DNA of 19,202 nucleotides, taken from the IMG/VR virus record IMGVR_UViG_2526164689_000024; one strand, 5' to 3'. The stretch comes from a virus. Its lineage: Duplodnaviria; Heunggongvirae; Uroviricota; Caudoviricetes. Below the pieces are notes generated by a model. That model was not told the DNA's origin. It did no database searches and saw only the letters and a program-made list of their open reading frames with translations. Shown in pieces: positions 1 through 8,177 of the stretch (its first letter is position 1; every line of letters starts with the position of its first letter). The translations under genes and the position numbers were made by a program.

Positions 1-468
1 ATGCCAGATCAAAAAGAAAGTGAGAACACCAAACTCACTTGTGAAGAACAAAAGGATAATGAACTGGTTTCTCGAGTAATCGAAAATCCAGAGGTCTTAA
101 ACAGGGTTTTGGATAGTCCGCAGGTGCGGGCTATTGTTTGCCAGCATTTTCAGGGGCCTGTTCCGCCACCTTCAATGCTTAAAAAGTATGATCAACTGGT
201 GCCTGGGCTTGCAAATCGACTTGTTGAGTTGACCGAAAAAGAGCAGGCTCATCGCCATAAAACAGTGGCTGATAGCATTGATATTGCCAGAGATGGTCAA
301 ACAAAGGCTTTTTGGTTGGCAATATTGATCATCTTAGCTGCCACTGTCTTTGGCGTCATGGGGGAGACAGTTCTTGCCGGAACTCTCGTTTCAATAGATC
401 TTGTTGCATTGGTTACGGCATTTATTGTTGGAAAACATTATTCTAAGCAGGAACCTGATCAAGATTAG
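1..468 (+). CDS. small membrane protein, DUF2335-like (soluble N-terminal part, two C-terminal hydrophobic helices)
   Basis: ORF track, 155 aa; hydrophobic C-terminus WLAILIILAATVFGVMGETVLAGTLVSIDLVALVTAFIVG; family name from memory, not searched; ATG is at window position 1 so the true 5' end may lie upstream. Confidence 0.45.
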   Translation: MPDQKESENTKLTCEEQKDNELVSRVIENPEVLNRVLDSPQVRAIVCQHFQGPVPPPSMLKKYDQLVPGLANRLVELTEKEQAHRHKTVADSIDIARDGQTKAFWLAILIILAATVFGVMGETVLAGTLVSIDLVALVTAFIVGKHYSKQEPDQD

Positions 469-474
469 TCTCCG

Positions 475-499
475 AACCCCGGTTGATGCCGGGGTTTTT
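475..499 (+). terminator. rho-independent terminator after the 155-aa gene
   Basis: AACCCCGG-ttgatg-CCGGGGTT 8-bp stem followed by a T-run, directly after the stop at 466-468. Confidence 0.7.
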
Positions 500-544
500 A
501 CACTAGCAAAGCAATATCAACATTTTTCAGCTGTATTTATTTCG

Positions 545-1663
545 TCAAACAACCAATTTAACCCATTCCTGACCACGAGTATCGTTATAACGATCGGTGG
601 TTGCCTGGACTTTATGTCCCAGTAATGTTTTTGTATCAATACCCTGCGCGCGGTACAGTCGTTCTGACAGGGAGCGTTGTTCATGAAATGTTGGCGGAGT
701 TTTTCCTGCTGGTGGAGTTATCCCAGCCAGATCCCGTGCTTTGGCAAAGTAGTCGCTCAGGTTGTCTTTACTCATCGGCTTTGGTTGTTTCTGGTGCCGA
801 CTATGGATTAGATATGGACTTAATATTCTGTCTCGGCACCCATCAATAACTTCTTTTAACGCTATCCCAATGGCATCACAGCGTAGTGTAAGCGGTAACG
901 CCAGACGCATTCCGGTTTTTCCCTGGGTGATATGCAAGTGTTCGTTCCACACATCTGAAAAACGCATGTGGCAAATGTCATCACGGCGCTGACCAGTAAC
1001 AATCGCAAGAAGCATTGCGTTACGGATAAAGTGTTTTTCAGGCGTTGCGTAGTAAATTTTTTGCCAGTCTTCCAGGGTGAGCCTGGCTCTGGTTACTTTA
1101 GGGATCGGTTTACGGGTAGCCTCCGGAGGATTCCATCCAGGAGGAACTTCCCCTGCATGCTGTGCTTCTTTATAAATATCAACCCATAATCCACGATTTA
1201 CTCTCGCTGTGCTGACCATGTCTTTATCCAGCCACTCATCCAGTATTAATGCAAAGTCTCTTACTTCCAGTTCTTTCAATGGGTGGTTTCCCAGACGGGA
1301 AACCAGGTATGCAGCCATTCGAGTTTTTTCTTTGTGAGTTGTAGCTGCAATATCTCCATTTTTCAGTCGCGTGTCCTGTATTTTCAGATATCGATCAACC
1401 CATGCCTTTAATCTGATACCCCGACGTTTTGTTGCTGACGGACTTTCATCAATTTTGCGCATGAAATATTCAGCTTCTGCTGCAGCTATTCGCTGATTGG
1501 CTGTGGAAGCGATTTTTTCTGCCTTACCTTTGTCTGTTCCGAGTCCGTGAAATTTTCCAGTCACAGGATTTTTATACTGGTAGTAAACTCTGCCAGTTCT
1601 GCGATCAAACTTTTCGTAAAGACCGGCTACGTCAGTGCTGTTTTTTCGTGGCCTCGGTGACAT
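545..1663 (-). CDS. int: lambda-family tyrosine integrase
   Basis: 372 aa; C-terminal catalytic region FHEQRSLSERLY and LLGHKVQATTDRYNDTRGQEW matches the His/Arg and His/Tyr boxes of lambda Int (HELRSLSARLY, LLGHK...QYRDDRG); 5' end overlaps xis by about 30 nt as in lambda. Confidence 0.9.
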   Translation of the reverse strand: MSPRPRKNSTDVAGLYEKFDRRTGRVYYQYKNPVTGKFHGLGTDKGKAEKIASTANQRIAAAEAEYFMRKIDESPSATKRRGIRLKAWVDRYLKIQDTRLKNGDIAATTHKEKTRMAAYLVSRLGNHPLKELEVRDFALILDEWLDKDMVSTARVNRGLWVDIYKEAQHAGEVPPGWNPPEATRKPIPKVTRARLTLEDWQKIYYATPEKHFIRNAMLLAIVTGQRRDDICHMRFSDVWNEHLHITQGKTGMRLALPLTLRCDAIGIALKEVIDGCRDRILSPYLIHSRHQKQPKPMSKDNLSDYFAKARDLAGITPPAGKTPPTFHEQRSLSERLYRAQGIDTKTLLGHKVQATTDRYNDTRGQEWVKLVV

Positions 1664-1901
1664 GAGTTAAAATCTCCTTCAGTGCATCATCATCGCCAGT
1701 ATGAATTTCCGGCGCAATTCCCGTTTCACCAGGCCCAACAAATACTGCTCGGCGATCTATCAGCCAACGCCCACGAATTTTTTGTGGTCTTGGAACGATG
1801 TATCCTAGTTTTCCGTATTTCACCAGGGTAGTGTTTGTTATTGGGAGACTGAACCGTTTTGGTTTCCACTCGTCGAGCGTTATCAGGTACTGTTCGCTCA
1901 T
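1632..1901 (-). CDS. xis: excisionase, lambda Xis family
   Basis: MSEQYLITLDEW...IVPRPQKIRGRWLIDRRAV aligns with lambda Xis MYLTLQEW...IFPPPVKDGREYLFHESAV; ATG at 1901 preferred, the track's GTG at 1910 is an alternative start; overlaps int start. Confidence 0.75.
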   Translation of the reverse strand: MSEQYLITLDEWKPKRFSLPITNTTLVKYGKLGYIVPRPQKIRGRWLIDRRAVFVGPGETGIAPEIHTGDDDALKEILTHVTEATKKQH

Positions 1902-1962
1902 GGCTATCACTCCGGAACGCGCCAGTTGCAGAATATCAACGACAACTGGCGACGGTTGAACA

Positions 1963-4506
1963 TTAAAAATCAGCCTGACTCGGGATCAGTTTTTGCCAGA
2001 TAACTGAAACGTATTTTGCCTGGTAACGGGCGTCATCAAGTGCATTATGGCGCTCACCTTCGAATGGAATAGCCGTTCTGGCATCGAAGTCTATGGCTTT
2101 CCCCAGCTCAACGATTGTGCGTACATCGCGATCGTTGTAGTAACGCCACGGGCAGGGGATCCCCTGCCGTTCGTATGAACGGCGCAAAATCGTGTTGTCG
2201 AAGTTGGCTCCATTTCCCCAGACCTGAACAAAAAATTCACCGGAGTTTTCGTCGATAAATTCCCGCAATTGTAACAGTGCATCATCTAACGGGATTTCAT
2301 CGGTCATAATGGCAGATTGCGCTTCGCGTGATTGCTTAAGCCACCATTTAATGGTGTCCCGATCAATGACTCCGCCAGCAGTTTCCAGATCGATAGTCTT
2401 ACTAAATTCCGGTCCCATATCTCCGGTTTGCGGATCGAAAAATATTGCACCTATTGAGATGATCGGGGCATCAGGATTTTTTCCCATGGTTTCAAGGTCG
2501 ATCATTAGATGGTCACACGTCCTGCTGGTGGATGTGATTTCACGATGACTGTTCACCTTAATTAAGAGATTTGCTGTCTCGCCTGTTTCATTATTGCCAT
2601 TGGCATGTTGATCGCCTTCGGTGCACTCCTTGTTCGGGAGTCCGGCACTTTCCATTTCCTCCGGATCTTTTTCCCGGGCTTCATCCTGGCTTTCTTCGTT
2701 GAATGTCTCCTGGTATGTTGCGTCGCCCATCACCGCGCCACAGTCAGGACAGTTGCCGCCGCCGGTCTGACCGCAGTCTGTGCAGACTTTTTCCGGTTCC
2801 TGTTGCGCTACTGGTTCAGGCTTTTTCGTTTCTGGCTCGTTTTGTTGCGCATTTGGACTGTGTTGTTCCGCTTTATGGCCTTTCTGTTCCGTTTCTTGCT
2901 GGTTATGGTTCACCGAATCGCGGGTTTCAATCCCCTTCACCCATTTTGGATCATTCGGGTCGCTAATCCCTTCAACAAATTCTCCGTGAGAAGCAGCCAG
3001 TAATTTATCTGCATCGACAGGATTTTTGGGTGGAATGTTTTTCCTGGCTTCATAGAGTTCTGCACGCAGTTTCTGATATTTCGCATCAACAGAATTTATC
3101 TGTGGCTGAGCATCCATCGACTGCGTGTCCTGATTATGTTCAGTTGTATCCGGTTCCACTGCTTCAGTCGTTGCCTGTTCATCTGCCATTGCGCCAGATG
3201 GCTGCGGTTTTTCTTCATCATCCTGTTTTCCTTCTTTTGTTACACGCTGCGGGATAGGGGCAGAGGAGCGACCGCAGGCAATATCCACGATTTCCGGATC
3301 AGGGTTGGCATGATCGGTTTCGGTCAGTACTTTGTTCAGATATTCGGTAACACGGTGGGGAGTAGCCTCGATACCAATTGGTGCTTCTTTCACGGACGCA
3401 ACTACTATCGCGCGGGAATAATCCAGGTGACCAGGCATGGCGATGAATTTGTCACGAAAAACAGAAAAGGGCGGCTTATTCTCTGAAACGATTTCTTCAA
3501 TGCGTTTGGCGTGTGCCGGATGTGGATTGTAAATATCGATGTCCATTGAACGGGCCAGAACGCCAGCGGCAACGTCACGTTCCACTGACGCATCATCGTG
3601 GACAAAACCTTCACCGCGATCGGTAAGAATTCCTCCGCCAGCATTAGCGCCGGACGGGGTGCGATTGATTTCAGATACGCAATTTCCCTTTGCCCACTCT
3701 TTTGTCAACAGCCCCTGATCAAGGTAGTCAGTCTTCATCCAGGTGGAAATGAACTTGTCGAATTCTGCCGGGCTGATACGGCGTGTTGTTGCGTGAGTGA
3801 ATGCCTTTTCCACCGAATGCGCCAGTCTTCCAAGATGATGGTTTGTCAGCTTATCCAGCTCAGGATGCGAACGTACTGCAGTAAGCAGGCTCTGTATGTT
3901 TCCATCTTCCATATCCATTTCGATGCGGATCACGTCCTTGCGTTGTTCTGGTGTGGCGTGATGTTTGTATTTCTCGTCGAACTCCTGACCAAAGAAGTAG
4001 AGGTGCAGGAAGCGATGGGTAAGACTCAGGGTGGAGACGGGGATTTCACATTCAGGGCAGTCATCGTTGCTGTCCGGGGATTCGCTTTTATCTGCGTTCT
4101 CTGTCTGAGAGTCACTTTGTTCATCGCAGTCACGGCTGACACCTGTAACAGCTTCGCCGCTGGTATTGTCAGTGCTGGCTGGTTTGTCCTGAACTGAGGG
4201 GGAAGGCGCTATAAATATCATTGTGATGCCATCTTCTCCGCCTTTTTCATAGCGGTTGCAGAATTCGGTATCAAACACACCTTCAGGCGGCAGGTCATTA
4301 ACAATGGGCAAATTCACGCGAACAGGTTTTTTGAAATCCTCTTCGTCAAATCCAGCATCGTCCATTGCGACAACACCCCGTGATATTGCAACCGATAATT
4401 TTTTTGCTGTGCGCCAGTAAAAACCGCCTTTAATCCCAAGGCGTTTTCTGACTTTGTCATTTTTGGCTTCGTAATACAGTGCAATTTCTTCTTTATCAGT
4501 GCTCAT
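1963..4506 (-). CDS. large early-left-operon protein with C-terminal DnaQ-like DEDDh 3'-5' exonuclease domain
   Basis: 847 aa; C-terminal motifs HLMIDLET (Exo I D-x-E), WGNGANFD (Exo II), H-x4-D in [11 protein letters not shown] (Exo III); internal [16 protein letters not shown] zinc-ribbon-like motif and long acidic/Gln-rich linkers; sits where lambdoid phages carry exo/recombination genes. Confidence 0.6.
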   Translation of the reverse strand: MSTDKEEIALYYEAKNDKVRKRLGIKGGFYWRTAKKLSVAISRGVVAMDDAGFDEEDFKKPVRVNLPIVNDLPPEGVFDTEFCNRYEKGGEDGITMIFIAPSPSVQDKPASTDNTSGEAVTGVSRDCDEQSDSQTENADKSESPDSNDDCPECEIPVSTLSLTHRFLHLYFFGQEFDEKYKHHATPEQRKDVIRIEMDMEDGNIQSLLTAVRSHPELDKLTNHHLGRLAHSVEKAFTHATTRRISPAEFDKFISTWMKTDYLDQGLLTKEWAKGNCVSEINRTPSGANAGGGILTDRGEGFVHDDASVERDVAAGVLARSMDIDIYNPHPAHAKRIEEIVSENKPPFSVFRDKFIAMPGHLDYSRAIVVASVKEAPIGIEATPHRVTEYLNKVLTETDHANPDPEIVDIACGRSSAPIPQRVTKEGKQDDEEKPQPSGAMADEQATTEAVEPDTTEHNQDTQSMDAQPQINSVDAKYQKLRAELYEARKNIPPKNPVDADKLLAASHGEFVEGISDPNDPKWVKGIETRDSVNHNQQETEQKGHKAEQHSPNAQQNEPETKKPEPVAQQEPEKVCTDCGQTGGGNCPDCGAVMGDATYQETFNEESQDEAREKDPEEMESAGLPNKECTEGDQHANGNNETGETANLLIKVNSHREITSTSRTCDHLMIDLETMGKNPDAPIISIGAIFFDPQTGDMGPEFSKTIDLETAGGVIDRDTIKWWLKQSREAQSAIMTDEIPLDDALLQLREFIDENSGEFFVQVWGNGANFDNTILRRSYERQGIPCPWRYYNDRDVRTIVELGKAIDFDARTAIPFEGERHNALDDARYQAKYVSVIWQKLIPSQADF

Positions 4507-4598
4507 TGATAAACCTCATAACTATTTTAAGGTTGTACGAATCCCTGCCATTGCTGGCATACTTAATCAACGGGTATGGCGTTAATATGGCTGGCGGG

Positions 4599-4793
4599 TT
4601 ATCCAGCCGGTATTTCGTTATTCAGGTACAGCGATACTTTGTTTAACGGGAGACATTCACCGGAAATTTTTTGCTCGTCTCTTGCCTGATGGCAGGATTC
4701 TTTACTGGCATAAATTCCGGTAATCACATTCTGTGATTCACCCGTTATAAGAAAAACCGTCATCACCAGTGCAAATGCTGAAGTCATTGACAT
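4599..4793 (-). CDS. ydfD: YdfD-like small protein with N-terminal signal/TM segment (Qin-type lysis protein family)
   Basis: 64 aa; MSMTSAFALVMTVFLITGES...NNEIPAG resembles recalled E. coli YdfD; immediately downstream of the dicB-like gene as in Qin. Confidence 0.55.
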   Translation of the reverse strand: MSMTSAFALVMTVFLITGESQNVITGIYASKESCHQARDEQKISGECLPLNKVSLYLNNEIPAG

Positions 4794-4972
4794 TCTCCGA
4801 AAATACCAAGTTCAAGAAGGGCAATTCTGGAGAGTATGGAATTATCATTGAGAAGATAAGGCTCATATTTTCTCATCTTAATGGCATCTTCAGTAAACTC
4901 CCGGTTACTGAGCAGAATACCAATATCAAAACACCCTTCAGACGTATTAACGTTTGGTAGTGACGTTTCCAT
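4784..4972 (-). CDS. dicB: DicB-like cell division inhibitor
   Basis: 62 aa; METSLPNVNTSEGCFDIGILLSNREFTEDAIKMRK matches the recalled DicB N-terminus (..LPNVNTSEGCFEIG....FTEDAINKRK); same length as K-12 DicB. Confidence 0.7.
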   Translation of the reverse strand: METSLPNVNTSEGCFDIGILLSNREFTEDAIKMRKYEPYLLNDNSILSRIALLELGIFGECQ

Positions 4973-5155
4973 TATCGCGTCCTCAACAATGAATTTTGTT
5001 GATGCGGCGCCTGGTGCCTCCAGGTGACGTTAACCAGTTAACAATTAACGTCGGAATACAGAAGGATGCCCGTTGCGCCCCGTAAAATACCACTTTACGG
5101 TTTTAACTGTTCCGCGTGCGCATAGCCGCATTCACCGCATCACAAAATTCACTTT

Positions 5156-5212
5156 AAAAAGGGCGGACATCAGTCAGCAACAAACCGATGCCGCCAATGG
5201 GTACACCACGAG
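5156..5212 (-). ncRNA. dicF: DicF-like small RNA (boundaries approximate)
   Basis: minus-strand RNA AACCUCGUGGUGUACCCAUUGGCGGCAUCGGUUUGUUGCUGACUGAUGUCCGCCCUUUUU ends in a GC stem plus U5; shares blocks UUGGCGG / AUC.GUUU / UGACUG / CCGCCCUUUUU with the K-12 DicF sequence as recalled; lies between the ydfA-like and dicB-like genes. Confidence 0.5.
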
Positions 5213-5361
5213 GTTGCACTGGCTACACAACCGGAAGCGCACGGTCGAAGAAATTTAACGACAAGACTTATATGCAAAGAAACCTCTCCGTGCGCTTTCG
5301 TGTTATGCCATGACTTTTCAGGGTACATTAACCTGTGGAAACCTGTTTTTACTGGCGCTAA

Positions 5362-5514
5362 TCAGTTGGCGTTTCTGGCTAACCAGCGATGCGCGCCAGC
5401 TTCGGTTTTAAACGTTTTACTTTTGGTATACGTCATCGCGGTAAACGTGCCGTCCTGATTGGGGAAGACGCCGCACACCAGAGATTCGTTGTTGCCAAGA
5501 TCGATGGTATCCAT
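5362..5514 (-). CDS. ydfA: YdfA-like small protein (DUF1391)
   Basis: 50-aa ORF not in the track (below its length cut-off), hand-translated: MDTIDLGNNESLVCGVFPNQDGTFTAMTYTKSKTFKTEAGAHRWLARNAN; SD GAGG 6 nt upstream; first gene downstream of the repressor as in Qin dicA-ydfA. Confidence 0.6.
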   Translation of the reverse strand: MDTIDLGNNESLVCGVFPNQDGTFTAMTYTKSKTFKTEAGAHRWLARNAN

Positions 5515-5689
5515 GTTGACCTCATTTCCCCTTAACGCCGGGTCGCGGAACTAAAAACCTGCTGCGCTGTTATACAAAGTGTTCCCGCCGTCATGTTCAT
5601 ACGCCTCGGGCTGGCTACTTAACCCCTGACCACTGCCGGGTAACTCGAAGTATTGCCCTGCATTCTGTGAAGCGGGGTGGGTTGTAATG

Positions 5690-5742
5690 AATATAAGAAT
5701 ATTTAGTTTTTCCGTCAAGTTGAATATAAATATTTTTAAGAT
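5690..5742 (-). promoter_or_regulatory. PL-like leftward promoter with adjacent operator-like motif
   Basis: minus strand -35 TTGACG (plus 5713-5718), 17-nt spacer, -10 TATATT (plus 5690-5695); 23-bp AT-rich motif at 5720-5742 nearly identical to one at 6449-6470. Confidence 0.35.
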
Positions 5743-5787
5743 AAAAGGCCGACAAAGCCGACCTCTGATTACAGGGCAAAGCGGGAG

Positions 5788-6432
5788 CTAGAGGCTGAAC
5801 TGAACACCTTTTGCTACAGCAACGATGTTACATTCCGGTGTAAGTAAGGATGATTGATAGCGTGGGTTAAGGGGGGCTAAGTACACGAGCTTTCCATCAA
5901 TAACTAATTTTTTTATAGTCATGGATGGTTCGTTTGTGAGTGGATCTGGGACTATTACTGCGACGATGCTACCATTTTTATATTTTTCGCCAGGCCTCAT
6001 GATCACTGTGGCTCCAACTGGAATGCTTGGGGACCCTGATGGATTGTGCATAGTATCATCAGGCATTGAAACGGCAAAATCTCCCTCCTTGACATCAAAG
6101 AATGTGGTGATCCTGTCGACATTTCCCATAGTTTTCTCTCCTTTTAATATTAGGAAAGAAATCGCTTCTCCCCAAGAAAGGTATGGGATTTGGATACCTG
6201 GATTTTTCTGCACAAGGGATGATTCAGGTGATGATACTCCATACAGGAGATAGGACTCAGTAGTGCCTAGTGCTAGGGCTAATTTACTAAGAGCTTTGCT
6301 ACCTGGTTCGTTTAGATCTTTCTCCCAGTATCCTATTGTTACCCCAGTTACGCCAGAAAGCTTGCCAAGTTCAACTTGGGTCAGACCTTTGTCTTTTCTG
6401 AGTTTCTTAAGCCTAATGCCAAGGCTTTCCAT
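5788..6432 (-). CDS. cI: CI-type phage repressor (N-terminal HTH_XRE plus C-terminal S24 LexA-like autopeptidase)
   Basis: 214 aa; HTH LTQVELGKLSGVTGVTIGYWEKDLNEP; C-terminal FAVSMPDDTMHNP (Ser nucleophile context) and MTIKKLV (Lys), parallel to lambda CI GNSM / FTFKKL; divergent from the cro-like gene. Confidence 0.9.
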   Translation of the reverse strand: MESLGIRLKKLRKDKGLTQVELGKLSGVTGVTIGYWEKDLNEPGSKALSKLALALGTTESYLLYGVSSPESSLVQKNPGIQIPYLSWGEAISFLILKGEKTMGNVDRITTFFDVKEGDFAVSMPDDTMHNPSGSPSIPVGATVIMRPGEKYKNGSIVAVIVPDPLTNEPSMTIKKLVIDGKLVYLAPLNPRYQSSLLTPECNIVAVAKGVQFSL

Positions 6433-6530
6433 TATTTTCTCCCGCGAATTGAATATAAATTATTTTAGATTGTATTGACCTAAAAAAATTACCCTTTAAT
6501 CTAAAAATACTTAGTTTTAAGGAGGGCGAA
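6433..6530. promoter_or_regulatory. divergent immunity control region (OR-like) with PR-like promoter
   Basis: 98-bp AT-rich intergenic region between cI and cro starts; rightward -35 TTGACC (6475-6480), about 16-nt spacer, -10 TAATCT, SD AAGGAGGG before cro ATG 6531; operator-like motif 6449-6470. Confidence 0.45.
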
Positions 6531-6758
6531 ATGCGAGTTGATGAACTTGTCCAGTTTTTTGGTTCTGTCCAAAGAGTCGCTGATTTTTATGGGGTAACCC
6601 GAGAAGCTATATACATGTGGCGTAAGCGTCCCGGCGAAATAGTTCCCAAGGGGAGGGCTGCTGAAGCAGTTGCATACTCCAAGGGAAAATTATCGTTGAA
6701 CCCAGAACTTTACAAAAAGAAGGATAACACCTCGAACGAAAGGAAAAATGATTCATGA
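6531..6758 (+). CDS. cro: Cro/DicC-like small HTH regulator
   Basis: 75 aa; FFGSVQRVADFYGVTREAIYMWRKRPGEIVPKGRAAEA resembles lambda Cro and recalled DicC; strong SD; divergent from the repressor. Confidence 0.75.
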   Translation: MRVDELVQFFGSVQRVADFYGVTREAIYMWRKRPGEIVPKGRAAEAVAYSKGKLSLNPELYKKKDNTSNERKNDS

Positions 6759-7180
6759 AAATCAAGCATGAACACATCCGCATGGCGATGAATGCCTGGG
6801 CGCATCCGGACGGCGAAAAAGTACCGGCTGCGAAAATTACCAAAGCGTATTTCGAGCTGGGGATGACGTTCCCGGAACTGTACGACGACAGTCATCCGGA
6901 AGCCCTGGCCCGTAATACCCAGAAAATTTTCCGTTGGCTGGATAAAGACACCCCTGATGCTGTTGAAAAAATTCAGGCTCTGTTACCAGCGATCGAAAAG
7001 GCGATGCCGCCTTTGCTGGTGGCCCGTATGCGCAGCCACAGTTCTGAGTATTACCGTGAGATCGTCGAACGGCGGGATCGGCTGGTGAAAGATGTCGACG
7101 ATTTTGTTGCGTCAGCGGTTGTTTTGTATGACCAGATGAATCGCGGCGGCCCGGCAGGAAATGCCGTGGTGATGCACTAA
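6755..7180 (+). CDS. YdaT-like protein (proposed CII-type regulator / toxic when overexpressed in Rac)
   Basis: 141 aa; N-terminus MKIKHEHI and length match recalled Rac YdaT; start overlaps cro stop (ATGA), implying translational coupling. Confidence 0.45.
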   Translation: MKIKHEHIRMAMNAWAHPDGEKVPAAKITKAYFELGMTFPELYDDSHPEALARNTQKIFRWLDKDTPDAVEKIQALLPAIEKAMPPLLVARMRSHSSEYYREIVERRDRLVKDVDDFVASAVVLYDQMNRGGPAGNAVVMH

Positions 7181-7202
7181 CTGCACGGTGTTCGGGGGTT
7201 TT

Positions 7203-8171
7203 ATGAGCAGCAAGCTTCATGGTCTTGTCTGGGAAGGATGCGCCTTCACCGGCATGATCTTATCCCGGGTGGCAGTGATGGCCCGTCTTGCAGACTACAG
7301 CAATGACGAGGGCGTGTCATGGCCTGCTATTGAAACTATCCGGCGTCAGATCGGTGCAAGAAGTGAATCCACCGTGAAATCGGCTATTGCAGAACTGGCG
7401 AAAGAGGGCTGGCTGACGAAGGAAGAGCGTAAGGTCGGTGGGCGTAATGTAAGCAATATCTATCGGCTTAATGTGGAAAAACTCGAAGCAGCTGCGGCGG
7501 CGGCGCGTGAGTCATATAAACCGAAAAGAAAAATTAGCCCGGCAAAAAATGACCCGTTAATAGTTGACCCGTCAAATATTGACCCCTCAACGGTTGACCC
7601 GTCAAATTTTGATGGATCAACGGTTGATAAAAAACTGCCGATTAGGGGGGCGATGATTGACCCCGATCCGTCAGTATTAAAACCTGATCCGTCAGATAAA
7701 AGATCTTCTTGTCCGGACCTTTCACTGCCGGACGAAAAACAATCATCACCAGTTGAGCGATTTCTGGAGAAACACCCGGATGCGCATACCTGGAATGTAC
7801 CGAAGCGACAGTGGGGTACCCGTGAGGATGTCGCCTGTGCGCAGTGGATTTGGGGACGGGTTGTGGCGTTGTATGAACAGGCCGCCAGTGATGATGGTGA
7901 GGTGTCACGCCCCCGAGAACCTAACTGGACGACCTGGGCGAATGATGTGCGCATGATGCGTATGCTGGATGGACGTAGTCACCGGCAGATTTGTGAAATG
8001 TTTGGGCGTGTCCAGCGGGATTCGTTCTGGGTAAAAAACATCATGAGTCCGGCAAAACTCCGGGAAAAATGGGATGAACTGGTTATCCGCCTGGGGCGTT
8101 CGCCCGCGCAGCGTTGCGTGAATCACATTTCTGAACCGGACACTGAAATACCGCCTGGATTCAGGGGGTGA
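7203..8171 (+). CDS. replication initiator, lambda O-like (N-terminal wHTH, iteron-containing gene)
   Basis: ATG at 7203 (track gives an upstream GTG at 7188); N-terminal HTH-like region ...VSWPAIETIRRQIGARSESTVKSAIAELAKEGWL; gene contains an iteron array that encodes VDPSNIDPSTVDPSNFDGSTVD; followed by a DnaC-like gene. Confidence 0.7.
   Translation: MSSKLHGLVWEGCAFTGMILSRVAVMARLADYSNDEGVSWPAIETIRRQIGARSESTVKSAIAELAKEGWLTKEERKVGGRNVSNIYRLNVEKLEAAAAAARESYKPKRKISPAKNDPLIVDPSNIDPSTVDPSNFDGSTVDKKLPIRGAMIDPDPSVLKPDPSDKRSSCPDLSLPDEKQSSPVERFLEKHPDAHTWNVPKRQWGTREDVACAQWIWGRVVALYEQAASDDGEVSRPREPNWTTWANDVRMMRMLDGRSHRQICEMFGRVQRDSFWVKNIMSPAKLREKWDELVIRLGRSPAQRCVNHISEPDTEIPPGFRG
7564..7694 (+). repeat. 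replication origin-like iteron array inside the O-like gene
   Basis: TTGACCCGTCAA (7564), TTGACCCCTCAA (7579), TTGACCCGTCAA (7594), TTGATGGATCAA (7609), partial TTGATAAAAAAC (7624), all at 15-bp spacing; then an A-rich stretch and two GATCCGTCAG copies 21 bp apart (7664, 7685). Confidence 0.7.
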
Positions 8172-8177
8172 CGTGGC

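Noticed and set aside
401-1189. Four plus-strand ORFs (74-82 aa) overlapping the integrase on the opposite strand
   Set aside because: Shadow ORFs antisense to a well-supported int gene; no SD, and compositions unlike real proteins.
2091-4197. Numerous 60-200-aa ORFs on both strands inside the 847-aa gene
   Set aside because: All lie within or antisense to the long, motif-supported reading frame; several are Cys/Phe/Leu-rich low-complexity translations typical of out-of-frame reads.
5073-5258. 61-aa plus-strand ORF (MRPVKYHF...)
   Set aside because: Lies antisense to the dicB leader and the DicF-like RNA; Arg/His-rich with no SD; more likely noncoding.
5213-5361. About 52-codon minus-strand ORF (MYPEKSWHNTKAHGEV...) in the position where K-12 Qin has ydfB/ydfC
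   Set aside because: Cys/Trp/His-rich, no SD, and it runs through the DicF-like RNA; treated as noncoding leader rather than a ydfB/ydfC homologue.
5921-6478. Plus-strand ORFs (110 and 71 aa) across the repressor gene and operator region
   Set aside because: Antisense to the cI-type repressor; no independent support.
7564-7694. Possible CRISPR array suggested by regularly spaced short repeats
   Set aside because: Repeats are 12 bp at 15-bp phasing inside a coding sequence with no spacers or cas genes; they are iterons of a replication origin.
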